Part shown: piece by piece, positions 11,993-25,479 of the stretch
How positions within the stretch are numbered: the stretch's first letter is position 1
How the letters are laid out: the number at the start of each line of letters is the position of its first letter
Origin: Euprymna scolopes
Taxonomy: Eukaryota
Assembly: GCA_053919585.1 (NCBI GenBank)
Contig: CM132789.1
Direction: 5' to 3' (one strand)
Length of the DNA stretch: 64,000 bases
Program-made: the position numbers and the translations under genes
The notes under the pieces: model-generated
Database searches by the model: none
What the model saw: the letters and a program-made list of their open reading frames with translations, nothing else
Told to the model about the DNA's origin: nothing

Positions 11993-13189
11993 TACCCTTC
12001 TTGAGTTATTGAACGCATAAACATATTACCTATTGCAAACGATTTATTATATACGATTATATCAGTATTTATTTGCAGATGCGTTGAAAATGAAATTTGC
12101 ATAGAAAATAGATTTAGTAAGAAAAAGGAATTTTTCATTAATGTTGAAGTTAAAACTTGGGTTTATGTGAATAGGAAGTTGTAACATAGCAAAGATGCCA
12201 GGTAGATCCTGACTCTTGGGTGTTTTGCATCAAAGCAAACGGATGTCTTTTTCAAGGCTCTGCCACCACCCTTATGGATAATATTCAGGAGGATGAAGCA
12301 ATCATCTCGATAAATTTGCTGTAAAAATAAGATCAAATAAATCAACAGAAACTAAGCTGCAACCCAGAGCAAATAGTGGAGTTGTTATTGTTCAAATTGA
12401 TTTCATTATTTCAGCTTAGAGAAAAAAAAAGAAAAAATCAACTGCTCATTAAGTTGACTATATGTCAACAAAATGATGCAATCAGTTGTATATGAAAGTA
12501 ATTAGTTGACCATAACACGGTATAAACTGTTGGAAAATATATGCAATAAATTTAACATAAAGAGGGTGCCAGACGTAATACACTTAAAATATTTATTATG
12601 ATGTATAAATAATGCTGAAATAAAAACTATACTACAATGTATATTTTAAACAGTTGTCAAGTCATTTTTATTTGTATTGTTTTCAGAATGTTTCAAGCAT
12701 TTGTTTCTTATCGCATGTCAAACCTTGCAGATGTTTTACAGAGGAATGATTTGTATGGTAATTTGTTTTATTAATAATAGTTTGGAAATCAGCTATTTTA
12801 TTTCACACATAAAAAAAAACAAAAAAACATGAGGCTTCATCTAGTAGAATCAAATCTCTTCTGTAAAAGCAATGTCTGTTGCAAGATTTTCAAAATCAAT
12901 AAACAGGAAAAATAGGTAAGATCATTTAACCCCCAACCAAAATTCTTTAAATATCCTTTTGGAAATTAGGGACAATAAATTGTATTGCATTTAAAAACAT
13001 TTTATAACTGAAGACAGAAAATTCATGATATTCTTTACAATTCAACTATGCCATTGAAGTAAATTTAAAAATCTATATATTAATACGATAGCAGGTGTTA
13101 TTTTGTGTCATGCTTACATCGTTCTTCTTCTGAGTGGCTATCGTTTAATTGTTATGACGTTCCATTTCTTGTAATAAATGATTTTACAA

Positions 13190-13458
13190 AGAATTCTACA
13201 TAAATTTTGGTTTCGGTTATAACTGAAGACACTTAAATCATATATCTATACATATATTTTTTTTCTTCATAAGTTTTGGTCTCAGTTTCGATTCAAGTCA
13301 TATGGATATATTTTTCTATTTTTAAAATCACAACTTTATAATATATAAGTATCGATAGCAATATAATAACCATATATAATAATATGCATGAAATCTGCAT
13401 AAATCAAAATATATTTTAGTATATGTTACGACCTGGCTACACCAGGCGTCCCTGCTAG
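13190..13458 (+). mobile_element. Helitron H1 3' fragment
   Basis: Ends with the hairpin cctggctacaccagg followed by CTAG (13455-13458). Matches the reverse complement of 15207-15400. Confidence 0.65.
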
Positions 13459-13699
13459 CTTAGATAAATACTTTTGCAGTTTTAACAAAAGAGCTACAAT
13501 GATATCAGAGCATCTCCATTTATGCTGAATATCCACAGAATGCCATATTACATATGAAAGAGTCCGCTGTGGAATTTCCACAGATCCCACTAGTTGTCTA
13601 CAATTACCAAAGTCTTGTCAGATTTCTATGTTCATTTTTGGCAACTTTTATCACCATTCTTATATCATTAATTTGATACATAATTTGCAGAGGTACTAT

Positions 13700-14040
13700 G
13701 TAGGGAATTCAGCAGCAAGATGTCCGTTTACATTACCTTTGAACTTCTGAATGTCAGTACAGTCGGTGAAGCAGAAACCTAGAAGAGAATTCCAAAATCT
13801 AGCAGTTCTGGGACAGAAAGAGTAGAAGGCTTTCTAGCATCTGGGGATCTCTACTCTATAGAGGTGTGATTTTGCTGCTTGTTGGAGATATTTATGTTGA
13901 TGGAGTCAAGGACTTCTAGTTAGTCAAGACATCTACCATCTAAATATTTGTAAAACAGGCAGAGGGATACAACATTTCGTCGATGGGACAGAGGCTAATG
14001 CTTAGCTGACAGTTTGAGACCTATTAGGTTGGTGACTTTT
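13700..14040 (-). mobile_element. CR1/L2-type LINE family 2, 3' fragment
   Basis: Reverse-complement translation QQAAKSHLYRVEIPRC..FCPRTARFWNSL..CFTDCTDIQKFKGNVNGHLAAEFPT*. Confidence 0.85.
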
Positions 14041-14049
14041 TAATAATAA

Positions 14050-14300
14050 TCCATATTCCGGTATAAGGACGGGTATTATTCAATGTAAAGAAAACGAGCT
14101 GAAAGATATGGACAGGAAGACAACGATGACCATGAGTGGAGCTTTTCACCCAACGAGTGATGTTGATCGATTATATGTGAAAAGAAAAGAGGAAGGACTA
14201 GGACTAATAGGTGTAGAACGATGTGTAAAAGAAGAAAATAGTCTGAAAGTTTTACATCTCCAAGTGTAAGCAAAAGCTTAAAAATTGCAAGAGAGCAAGC
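14050..14300 (+). pseudogene. R4/Dong-clade non-LTR retrotransposon ORF fragment (post-RT region)
   Basis: Translation KENELKDMDRKT..TMSGAFHPTSDVDRLYVKRKEEGLGLIGVERCV contains the HPxSDVDRLYxxRxxGGxGL motif of R4/Dong elements. Confidence 0.8.
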
Positions 14301-15145
14301 TAGTAGAGTTACTCCCCCACTACCAAAAAGGGATATTTATTCTGATAGCCGTTCTTAACATGGGGATGTTGACGGTGACGATTCCGAAAGCAGTTCTTAA
14401 CATGAGGAGGTTGAGTGTTGGGCAATACCAACAACAACCGTACTTTAATTTTTCTACAAGAGGAGAGGGGCATGCTTCCACCGGGCATTGCCGATTAACG
14501 AGTCCAGCTAGTGACTTATAAAATTCTGCAGTCGAATTTGAAAATGAAACATTTATGCTTTGTCGGTTAAAGAATATGCAAAACGAATTTTTGATAAATA
14601 TGATCAGCCAGTCAAAAGATAAGATAAACAAATTGTCACCGAGTAGTGAATATGCCCTGTTCTTCACTGAATGTGTNNNNNNNNNNNNNNNNNNNNNNNN
14701 NNNNNNNNNNNNNNNNNNNNNNNNNNNNNNNNNNNNNNNNNNNNNNNNNNNNNNNNNNNNNNNNNNNNNNNNNNNNNNNNNNNNNNNNNNNNNNNNNNNN
14801 NNNNNNNNNNNNNNNNNNNNNNNNTCGAGAAAAATACTTCTGTAAATACATGATGAATTTACTCATTGAAGAAAGCTTTCCAGTTGTATGTAACATGGCA
14901 CTCCAAACAAAGATATTAGATCTCCGACACATAATTATAAAAAGCAACTTTGCAGACTTTCATATGCAATGTCTATAAAGATAGAAGACACTACATTTCA
15001 CATACAGTCCAAACGTTGCACCATCAACTTATCACTTTTTCATGCCATAGCCCATTTTCTACTTAAGCAGGGGTTCAACAGTGAATTAAATTCAAAATAG
15101 GTGTATTTCCATTACTTAAATATATAGTAGCTTTTAATAGTAATA

Positions 15146-15148
<3 letters not shown>

Positions 15149-15204
<56 letters not shown>
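15149..15204. repeat. (TA)n microsatellite
   Basis: Read directly from the sequence. It abuts the CTAG end of a Helitron. Confidence 0.95.
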
Positions 15205-15206
<2 letters not shown>

Positions 15207-15207
<1 letters not shown>

Positions 15208-15729
15208 TAGCAGGCTGCCTGGCATTGCCCAGCCGTAAAATATGCTTAAATATGATATTTTGATTAATGCAGATTTTGTATCTATTATTATATTGGACCC
15301 AATATATAGTAATGATTTAAAAAGTTAAAAAAGACTAAAAAAAAAAAAAAAAATTACTTGTGCGCCACCACCGAGAATCAAAACCAAAATGTTTAGCTTA
15401 CAATTTACTTTTTCCTTTGACGTTAATGCCTGAGCTATGAAGACATGTTTACTGCAATACTAAAAATTAAAACATGAACCAATAGTTATTACGTTACACA
15501 TGCATATTCATAATACAGTCGTTCGACCATTACCTGGCAAATTCCATTTTTTTTTATTTTCACACTTTTGCACCGATTTTTCCAAGCTAAAACCCAAATA
15601 TAAAGTTTTGTACAGGTTCAAATACCCTATATATTAAGTTTCATGTCTGTTGACGAAAGACTGACAGAGGAGTTTGGTAGGCAAATTTTTTTAAACAAAT
15701 ATATATTTGCATACATAAACATATATAGA
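15207..15729 (-). mobile_element. Non-autonomous Helitron (family H1)
   Basis: CTAG at 15207-15210 with the adjacent hairpin gcctggcattgcccag. TCTATAT 5' end near 15729. Internal similarity to the 9659 copy (aataccctatat..tttca.gtctgt). Confidence 0.7.
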
Positions 15730-17500
15730 AAGAGGTTTGTGTTTACTATAACCTTTTTAGGCAAATATTATGCAAGTATAAATCATGTAGAATATCCGCA
15801 TGAATATAATTACATGTAATAGTTAACTAAAGATGATTATTCCATAAGAAAACAGAAAAAACTAATAGAGAACGAATTAAAATGAATGTTTAAAAATATA
15901 TACAAATTAGCTAGATCTTTTGCAAATGAATGCAATTCAATAACTCATATAAAATAAAGTTGTATTTTTTTTAAATGAATAGAAAAGTTAATATGAATAT
16001 CAATTCACAAAAAAAAAAAAAAAAAAAGAAGAAATCATAGGAGTGTATATACATATATATTTCCTACACACATGTATTAATCTGACCTCACCTTAAACTA
16101 TGTCAAACTGATTTTTGAAAATTGCTATGATGTTAAATTCAAATATATATATTCTTTATAAAAAAATATATTTAATTTGCTGGAAATTTCATCAAAATTG
16201 AATAATTTTAATACGATAAATTTTTTTTTTTTTTTTTTTTTCAAAAACAGTAGGGAAAGGGGCACATCATATATTTGATGAGGAATAGCACCCTAAGCAT
16301 TTGTACGACATTCTAATATAAAAAATGTAAAAAATGAAATTGGAAGAAAAATGTCTTGAATTATTTCCAACATTATTAGGTGTAAATGCAATAAAACAAT
16401 TACAAACAGAAGTTTGTCATAAACAGATTAAAGAATTATCAATTCATGCATTTTTATAAAGAGAATTCAAATTAATATCTTCGCATTTTAATAATTATAA
16501 TTAAAAGATACTCAACAAGAAGCACCTGGAGGGAAAATTAATTGGCTATTATATAGAATTTGAGCGATACTCGTCCCAGGGCGGGTAAAATTAATTCCTA
16601 GAAGAAAATACTACTACTATATCCCTTTACAAAGATGAAAACCAAGAACGAAACTAAACCCCTATGTCTAGAATCCTTAGTCTAATTTTGATCAAAATCT
16701 ATCAGATGATTTTGATTCTAGAAAATGTCTACATAAAATTTAAAGATTAAGCTGAAGGTTTCTTTAGCATTTTAAACTTATGGAATCTTGTTCGACTTGT
16801 ATCTAATGACTATGGATCAGATTTAATGCAAACATGAAATATTTGAATTTTCAAATAGAAGGTAGAAAAACATTTAAATTAAACCAAAGAAACTGAAATT
16901 TGGGTAATATTTTACTTATTGATGTTTAATAGCTTTGTTAAAATTTCGCAAAAATCAGGTATCTGAAATTTCCATCGATTATTCCACCTTCTTTGCATAA
17001 TTCTAAATATAGCCCACATTTGAACCCCTTAAGCTGTGTTCAAAAATGCATAATGATTGAATAACTAGTGTTGGGGAGAATTCTGTACATAGTATATGAA
17101 CATGTACACATACCTAACTTACAGAGATTTGCATCGACGATATGCACCTATTAACATTTTTTTTTTTTAATGTGAATTGATGAGGATTTTCTCCAAGTGG
17201 ATTTGTAGTAAAAGAAACCATCCAAGTTGTTTTAGACAAAATGTAGACAACCATGTTAGCGGGTAAAAGATGGAGGCATCTGAGAGGAAGATATATTTGA
17301 AGGTGTGAAAGCTGGTTTGATACAATTCAAATGAAAATGCATCTACAGTCTATAGAAATGGAGATAGTCAGAGGCAACCGACATAGAAAAAAAAATTAAA
17401 AGAAAAAAAAATGGTTGCAGTAAGAAAAGAATCTGAATAAAAACAAAACAGAAAAATTCAGTAAATAACTTTCGGATAAGTATCGGAAAGATCAAAACTT

Positions 17501-17534
<34 letters not shown>

Positions 17535-17918
17535 CTCTGGGTTTATTTTTCTTTTAGCAAAAGGAAATTAAGACGAGCTTTTATACAACATGGGATAAAC
17601 AGCTTCATGGAATCAAGAATTTTAAACAGTTTCAATGGATTTTTATCTTTGTTTTTTATATTTATATCGATGTCTTTTTTAGTCTAAATCCCTTTCCATT
17701 TATTTTTATTTTCATATTTGTTCAGTTTTTTTTTTTTTCCTTTTTTCAGATTCCCTTACATTATTTGCCTTTTCCATGTCTTATTTTTTTCCATTTCTCA
17801 CAATTTTTTTTCAGCCTTCATTTTCTTCATTAACAAAAAAAGAAAAACAACTCTTACCCCCTCCCTCACCCAACTTTTTCTTCATCCATACTTTCTGGAA
17901 TTCACTGTCCATTCCCTT

Positions 17919-17957
<39 letters not shown>

Positions 17958-18014
17958 TTACTATTACTATTATTATTATTACTATTATTATTATTATTAT
18001 TGCCACTACTACTT
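17919..18014. repeat. (TTA/CTA)n microsatellite
   Basis: Read directly from the sequence. It explains the poly-Leu ORF 17718-18161. Confidence 0.95.
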
Positions 18015-19479
18015 CTTTGCTCGTCATGTCCACTCTTTTCCTTCACACTGATCCTTCATCCTTATTCGGAAACTGAGGTTGGGGTTGTAGGTGCACATCA
18101 CCTCAGTACCTTCCATACAGATGCTAGGATTCCCAATGAGGTGATATCTACGTTCAATTAGCGGATGCTTTATTTCCACCGTTATACTCTGTTCCAGTCA
18201 CCGGCCCATTCCCTCGGCTGATTCGATCACAGCCATGTTGATCGAACAAAAATTAATACAAAACAAATTTCTCATGTCGAGCTTTTTTAGATTTACAAAA
18301 CAAAAACAAAAACTAATAAAACTAATAAAAAATAGAGTGAATTGTATCCAACCAATTCCTTTTGTAATGCTTTCTCACTCTCTCCCCATCCGAAGGGATG
18401 AGTATGACTGCTCTTCTCTTGTCTAGTCTGTTCTTTTTCTCCCCGACCACATCACTTCCTGAATCCTTTATCATTCCTGTAGATCTTCTTTCTGAATTAA
18501 TTTTCCATCTGAGTAGCTCAGTTCCTAATGAGGTCTTGATCTTCGTTTAAAGTCACAACATGAAAAATGTAATCNNNNNNNNNNNNNNNNNNNNNNNNNN
18601 NNNNNNNNNNNNNNNNNNNNNNNNNNNNNNNNNNNNNNNNNNNNNNNNNNNNNNNNNNNNNNNNNNNNNNNNNNNNNNNNNNNNNNNNNNNNNNNNNNNN
18701 NNNNNNNNNNNNNNNNNNNTGAGAAAATATAAGAGTTCAAAAAGCCACCAGTTGATATCAATTTTAAATGTATTGCAAGTGCAGCAAACTGACAACAGAA
18801 CGGGTAAAAATTACTTTGTATATGAAGTGAGCATTCACTTAATGATGCATTATGGAATGCACCAGTTTGTTTGCACCGGTTGCACAAGTTGCACACACGC
18901 AATCATTTTCTCACCTTTCATCGATTTAACAAGCAAAGTGTGATATAAATTAAACGATTAGCACAGAAATCAGTGCCACAGATAACACATTTCTCATCTC
19001 CCTTTTAAAAAGATGTTCGCATTTTAATCGTTCTTTGAATTCTTTTAGCATGTAATATATACACTCCGCACACGAAATCATAGATGATTACTAAGATAGT
19101 AAAACATGTACTATTTTAAGTGTGATGTTGAGTACACTAATACAACAGAAAATCTATACATCTATAAAAGTGAGAAGGTGTGTGAGGACAACTTTCAACC
19201 TACATATTAGTGTTAAAAAATCTAGTATCAAATGCTGACCATTAGCATAAGTATGGAATATGATATTTCAGTCAGGCAGTAGGCCCTTGGACTTCTCTAT
19301 CTCCCTAATATATACAAGTGTCGAGATAAGTCAAATTAATTATTATTGTTGTTACAGAATTCGCAATTTTTCATGCTCACAAAATATGTCATATCGGTTT
19401 TTAAAAACCTAAGCAATTCAACTTGAGATGAAGTTACATATAAAAATATGTAAAGTTCAATATGAAATTAGACCCCCCC

Positions 19480-19885
19480 TTTTTTTTTTACAAATCGGTT
19501 ACCACATATGAAGGGTCGAACGCCACTCAAGGATAAGGGTTAATGTGTGTATTGTAGTCATTTTGGACAGTAGTGTAGTAATCGTTTGTGGTGGAAATTT
19601 GGTATAAACAGATTATTTACAAGGACAGTTCTATAAGAACTTGTTTAAGTTGAATTTGAAGACAACAATATTGTAGTCAGATAGAGAGCAGACCAGCAGA
19701 ACAGAGTTCTATAGGCGGGTAGTTCTAGAAAAGAAGCTTTGTTGTTGGAATCCAGATTTAGGTTTAGACACAGATAGAGAGCATGGGAATTTATTCATAG
19801 TGTTTTTAGCTAGAGAGTTTTTTGTGAAGGACTGACAAGAGGCGACCATAGATTAGAGCTCAGTCGAACACTTGTTTGTGGTAAA
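19480..19885 (-). mobile_element. CR1/L2-type LINE family 1, 3' fragment
   Basis: Poly-T, the motif gccactcaaggataagggttaa, and an ORF2 C-terminus colinear with 27850-28245. Confidence 0.85.
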
Positions 19886-20044
19886 TCTATTGGATTCATT
19901 TGGTAGATGATAGGTAAAGTCTATTTTTAAAATGTGAATATTGAACTTCATTTGTTCAGTTTGTAGTTATCATTTGAAATAGCATTTTACTAAAACTTGT
20001 AAAATTTATGGAGGAAGCATTTCAAGGATTTTTTGGATGATGTA

Positions 20045-20186
20045 CAAGGGGTCCGTGAAGTCCGTGTGCATTAAAAAAATATATATAACTTTATTTGCAT
20101 TAAAAAAATTTTTTTTTAAATTTTTTATCACAGATGCAAATAAAGTTATATTTTTTAATGCACACGGACTTCATAGGAACCGAGCA
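20045..20186. mobile_element. Tc1/mariner-type MITE (almost fully palindromic)
   Basis: Arms of ~50 bp (gaagtccgtgtgcattaaaaaa..tataactttatttgcat / atgcaaataaagttata..ttttttaatgcacacggacttc), with TA on both sides. Confidence 0.8.
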
Positions 20187-21579
20187 TATTTAAAATTGTT
20201 GATGGCATGTATAAAGTGTATTTTAAATAAACGAAATCTGCAAGAACAATAATATATAGTTGAGATTTTTGATAAACAAAATCTACAACAATAATAAGAT
20301 GGATGAACTGAAAGAAAAGCTGGAGAGTATTTCCTTTTGACAAATACACTAATATCAAATAATTTGTGCAAATAGAAGTTGGTATTAAAAAAAAAAAATC
20401 AAATGATTTCCTTCCTTCCATTATTAACTTTATCGATTTATTGGGAGATATTTTAAGTTTTCAATAAGAAAAATAGTAAACTAGATTTCACAGTTATATT
20501 AAGTGACAAAGTGTTAAATGTCTACCTTTTTTTTTTACACGTCTCAGATTTTCTGCTTATATTTGAAATGCATCAACTCTAATAGATAAGCATAAAATTG
20601 AAATTTGTTTTAAGACAAAAGAAGACCTTTTAAAAAGCATGTACAAATTCTCATTCTGTAATGTTTGATCAACAAAACTTTAAAATATTTATTTGCACAA
20701 AACGTTAAGAAAAAATTAGGCACACGGCCATTCAAAAATATGAGGATAATGGGTGTCGTTCGTCATTCTTGGTCTCCAATACTTAAAACTGTCTATCTTA
20801 CTCTTAACTAGAAATATATCAGTCACCATAATACCACATTCACTTTAGGTGGTTGTCCTACTTAAGATAAACCCAAATTTGAAAAAAATTTATTGAATTA
20901 TTTACAGTTATCTGAAACCTTTAAATAAGCGGTTGTCCAAAATCCATTCCATATTAAATAACAAAAATACAGAAAAAAGTTACGATTTACGTATCCACAA
21001 TAAAACGAAAAGATAACATTCCTAAAATCACATAAATTGATCCAATAGTCTTATTTTTATAAAAGAAACTTAAATAACGGAAAGTGATTAATAGGATATC
21101 ATAGGCATTACAAAGCTGATCTTGCAAGTTTTAATTATTGTTGAGATTTTCCCTTTGTTTCTTCAAGTTGACAATGTGAGATAGTCCCTCTGTTCTTACT
21201 CAAAATTTTATTTTCTTATTCAAAAATAAAACTGCTTGATCAATTTGTCATTTTTGGAATATGACATTTTCGTTCCGTCATCACATGGATTAAAAAAAAA
21301 TTAGCTTTGGAGTTCTTGTTCAGAATTCTCCAAGTAATATAAATCAATCAGAAGTATGGAACTTCAATTGGTATTTTCTGATAAAAATTCAAATGTTATT
21401 TTCTGATGTGTTTTATATTGTATTATTGTATTTTTCAGATTGTCAGTTCGTTACACTAAAGTTTGAAATCGCATTTTTATTGTCAAATGAACAGATTAAA
21501 TTGACACATCTGTTATTTTTTTTAATTATTCTTTTTTTTAAAAAACGAGTTTTATTCAGATATTCAAGAAATATTTCAA

Positions 21580-23469
21580 GACAAAACGCATCGAAGCACA
21601 AAAATTAGGAAATCGTGACTTCTTGAAAATTAGGAAATCGTGACTTTTTGAAAATCTACAAGTGTAGTAAATAATGGGCAATCAACAATTCCCCCGTTAA
21701 CCAACAATCACGAGGTTGTTTGCTCAGCAACCGACAAGGCTAACATGCTTGCCAGCCGGTTTGCCTCGAACTCCACACTGGACCCTACCAACCACCCCCT
21801 GCCTGAATTTCCTTTGCGGACAGATGCCACGCTAGACGATCTAAAAATCACCCCTGCTCAGGTACACGCTATCATAAAAAAACCTTGATACTTCAAAAAC
21901 ATGTGGACCTGATCTCATCCCAGCTGTGCTATTAAAAAAGTGCTCAGCTGAAGTAGCTCCAGTTCTCTCCAAACTCTACAACAAATGCCTTAATGAATCA
22001 TGCTTTCTGGGCTGTTGGAAAACTGCTTGTGGTACTAATATTCAAGAATTCTGGCGAAAGAACTGACCCATCAAATTATCGCCCCATTAGCCTCCTCTCA
22101 CTTTTCGCCAAAATATTTGAGACCATAATTAACCATGCTCTAGTCCGGCACCTTACAGATGCTAAACTTCTGACTGACCAACAATATGGATTTAGACAAG
22201 CCCGTTCCACAGCTGACATCCTCACTGTAATCTCTGAACGTATATACCATTCACTGGACAAAGCGGGGGAGCACAGAGCGGTAGCTCTAGATATATCTAA
22301 GGCTTTTGACAGGGTATGGCACAAGGATCTCAGGAAAATTAAATCATACGATATCACTGGTAGAATACTTAACATAATTAAATCCTTCTTAGATAAGAGA
22401 AAAATTCAGGTTGTCCTCGACGGTCGTACATCTAAACAGTGTGATATAAATGCAGGAGTGTCTCAGGGGGTCTATTCTTGGACCTCTATTGTTCCTAATA
22501 TTTATTAATGACCTCCCTGACAAAACTGCCTCTGAGATGGGTATATATGCTGATGACACTACACTCTATAACAGGCATGACAGGAAAACAAATGAACACA
22601 TATCTAAAGAAATGGCAAAAACACTAGAGGATGACCTCCAATCTGTAGTGGAATGGGGACATAAATGGATGGTCACATTCAATGCTGCCAAGACTAAACT
22701 GGTTTCCTTCAATAATTACAAGAAACCTTCTCTGCCACCAATAGCAATGGCCAGTGACTCCCTGTCTGAGAGTACATCTTTCAAACTGCTTGGCCTAACG
22801 TTCATAGGAAACATGAGTTGGAACAATTATATTGAAAACATTGCCAGGGCCGCTGCGAAAAAGGTAGGCTCTCTCTACTGTGCTAGAAAACTACTGACAC
22901 GAAAGTATCCTGTACCTCTATAAAGCCACCATTCGCCCATGTATGGAGTATTGTTGTCATATTTGGGCTGGTGCATCTGCCACTAGTCTCTTGCTCCTAG
23001 ACAAGGTTAAAAAAAGAGTCGCCAATCTGATAGGCCCTGAACTGGCATCTAAGCTTCAGCCTCTGTCCCATCGACGAAACGTTGGATCCCTCTGCCTGTT
23101 CTCAAAGTATTTTAATGGTGAATGCTCTGACGAACTTCAGACACTTGTGCCTCCACGACGTAGACACCCTCAACAAACCCAACAGGCAGCTAAATCCCAC
23201 CCCCACACAGTAGAGATCCTTAGATGTAAAAGATCTTTCTACTTCAGTAGTTTCTTCCCCAGAACCGCTAAACTCTGGAATTCCATTCCAGGTTCCTGCT
23301 TCCCTAACTGTACTGACATGCAGAAGTTCAAGTGTAACGTGAACCAACATCTTGCTGCCCAAATCCCAACATAGTGCCCCAGTAGTTGCTGCCCCTGATA
23401 GTAGCCCCCTACACCAAAGTGGCAATGCACCTTGTTTGGGGTGAAAATGTAATTAAAAAAAAAAAAAAA
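21580..23469 (+). mobile_element. 5'-truncated CR1/L2-type LINE family 2; frameshifted ORF2 reverse transcriptase pseudogene
   Basis: Motifs KRIEAQKLGNRDF, NYRPISLLS, QYGFR, ALDISKAFDRVWH, (P)QGSILGPLLFLIFINDL, YADD, MEYCCHIW and SFFPRTAKLWNSIP. 3'UTR and poly-A present. Imperfect TSD aaatatttcaagaca / aaattttttaaagaca. Internal 25-bp duplication at 21601-21655. Confidence 0.95.
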
Positions 23470-23889
23470 TTTTTTAAAGACACATATTAAGCAATATTAT
23501 AATAGATTTTATTTAGTTTTAGTTGGGGATGGAGCATGCTACCGGATGTCAAACATTCACCCACTATCTTATATATTTCAACCGATAAATCTTTTTACAA
23601 TTATAACCATAACATTTAAGTGCAATTGTGTGTATCTCTCTTGCATTCTGTTCACCGAGTATAATTGCCAAGTAGTTTTTGAAATTCTTTTTCATAGGTC
23701 CGGTTGTTTCTCTAATTACTGGAATGATGGAGATCTTTTTAAGATTCCGGTTTATTTTCATGTGATACATAAGACCTTGGTATTTCATCATCTTTTCCCT
23801 CCCAGCTCTGTTAACCCAACATCATTGGGACACTAACTTCTAAAGTTGTTTCTTTGTCCTGGTCCCATATCACTGTCAGATTTTTAATA

Positions 23890-24253
23890 CACGGGGCGTT
23901 CCAAAAGTAATACCTCCTATTTTTGTTCCGTCCAAACAGATCAGAGTGAATTGCAAATTGCATTGTTATAATGAATGAATTTATGTATTCATGACCTGAA
24001 AGTTTCATCTCTCTGTTGCAGATACTGACGGTGTGATACTCTAAGGAAGCAACCTCGGTCATGGATGTGTATCAACAGCAAAGGTGCATCATTGAATTTC
24101 TGGCAAAAGTACATTGATAATTATGGTGAATATGTAGAGAAATAAATTCTAGAGCAATTGGTTGCTCGTTTTAATGGTATCACTCCCGTCTTCGTAGCTC
24201 TTTAATTTTCTGGGTTAAAAATGTAAGAGGCCTTATTTTTGGAACGAGTCTCA
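23890..24253 (+). mobile_element. Internally deleted mariner element
   Basis: TIRs CACGGGGCGTTCCAAAAGTAATACCTC / rc TGAGACTCGTTCCAAAAATAAGGCCTC, flanked by TA. The transposase N-terminus MDVYQQQRCIIEFL is joined to the C-terminus IDNYGEYVEK*. Confidence 0.85.
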
Positions 24254-24689
24254 TAGCTCAGTTTTCGAAGCACATAGCTGTAGGAATTGCATAGTTGTAG
24301 TGAACAGTGTATGACTTATTTCAAACTGTCCATTCTTGCATCTATTCCCAGAACTTGCTGCTGCATTCAATATTCAACTTTTTGCAGATGGCCCAGAGAT
24401 ATTTACACACTCCAACCATAGGATGATTGTATGTGCATATGCATAATTTAAGAGTTTAAAAGGAATTTTTTGTGACAACATTTAAGAATTTTGATGACAT
24501 GGCAACTATTTGCACCTTTTCTTACAGTACCAAATAAAGAAATACAAAAGAATAAAAAAAATCCATAGATTTTCGATGTCATTCCATTAATTTAAAGATA
24601 ATATTTGTTATTTTTGTTAATCTCCATGTACAAACACTGTAATTTGGAATGGGATATGACATTGCCAAGCACAAGGCATAGCTATAAGC

Positions 24690-25340
24690 AGAAACATATT
24701 TCGAAATAATGTCATTTGGATTAACACAAAGCTTAATATATGGCTAAAATATTTGCATGTCGCCTTCAGATACTGATTACAAGAGGAAGAAATTAAAATA
24801 CTAATAGCGATATGAACTAAAAACTTTCATTACAATTCTTAAATAGAAAAGAAAAACAATCTCCAAGCCTTCCTGGATGTTTTAATAATTCACAGAGAAC
24901 AAAGGTTCAAGAGATTCATACATCCATTATAAGCTAGGCTTAAGTTGAAAAATACCTTTACTTCAATTCTAATTATCGATAAAATACAAAGAAAAGGATC
25001 AGATGTTTCTACAACATAGAGCATAAGTCACGTGGCAATCTAAACATAGAAATATTCAGTTTAAGTAATACTTTTCACTGCAACAGCTACTACACTTTGA
25101 GCATAAAATCGAAGCAAAAAAAAAAAAAACAGTTGTAAACTAATGAACACAAAAACATTTGCTAGAGTGAGTTTGCACTATTGTAAACGGTTGATTGGAA
25201 AATATGTAAAATATTTCTGGTCCATATGACATCAGAACAAAAGTCATCAGAAGTAGTTTTAGTCTTTCAAGATGCCTCTTTCGATTAAGTCCCCCTCCAC
25301 AAAAGGGAACATGAGTAAAGTCTATATTTCGAATCTTCTA
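24690..25340 (+). pseudogene. Penelope-like element RT/linker remnant
   Basis: Translation IEKKNNLQAFLDVLIIHREQRFK (the FTxExE..LPFLDVLI motif) and downstream ..GPYDIRT..RSSFSLSRCLFR... Heavily decayed. Confidence 0.65.
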
Positions 25341-25479
25341 ACAAAAATAATAAAGCAATAAAGCATAAACCAATACTGATAAAAAGTTTTCACCATTTTT
25401 TAGAACGTTTTGGAATGTTACAGTTTATTTTCTATTAAATATTCGTTTTCATTTTGTAATTTTATACAAAATCACTTTT

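Noticed and set aside
12163-12322. Minus-strand terminal exon (QIYRDDCFILL...) after a good acceptor
   Set aside because: No recognisable homology and no supported upstream exon.
14555-14978. ORFs crossing N runs (also 18525-18943 and 31440-31922)
   Set aside because: Their length comes from assembly gaps (14677-14824, 18575-18719, 31705-31833), and the flanking peptides are unrecognisable.
17718-18161. 147-aa poly-Leu ORF resembling a membrane protein
   Set aside because: It is the translation of a (TTA)n microsatellite and T-rich DNA.
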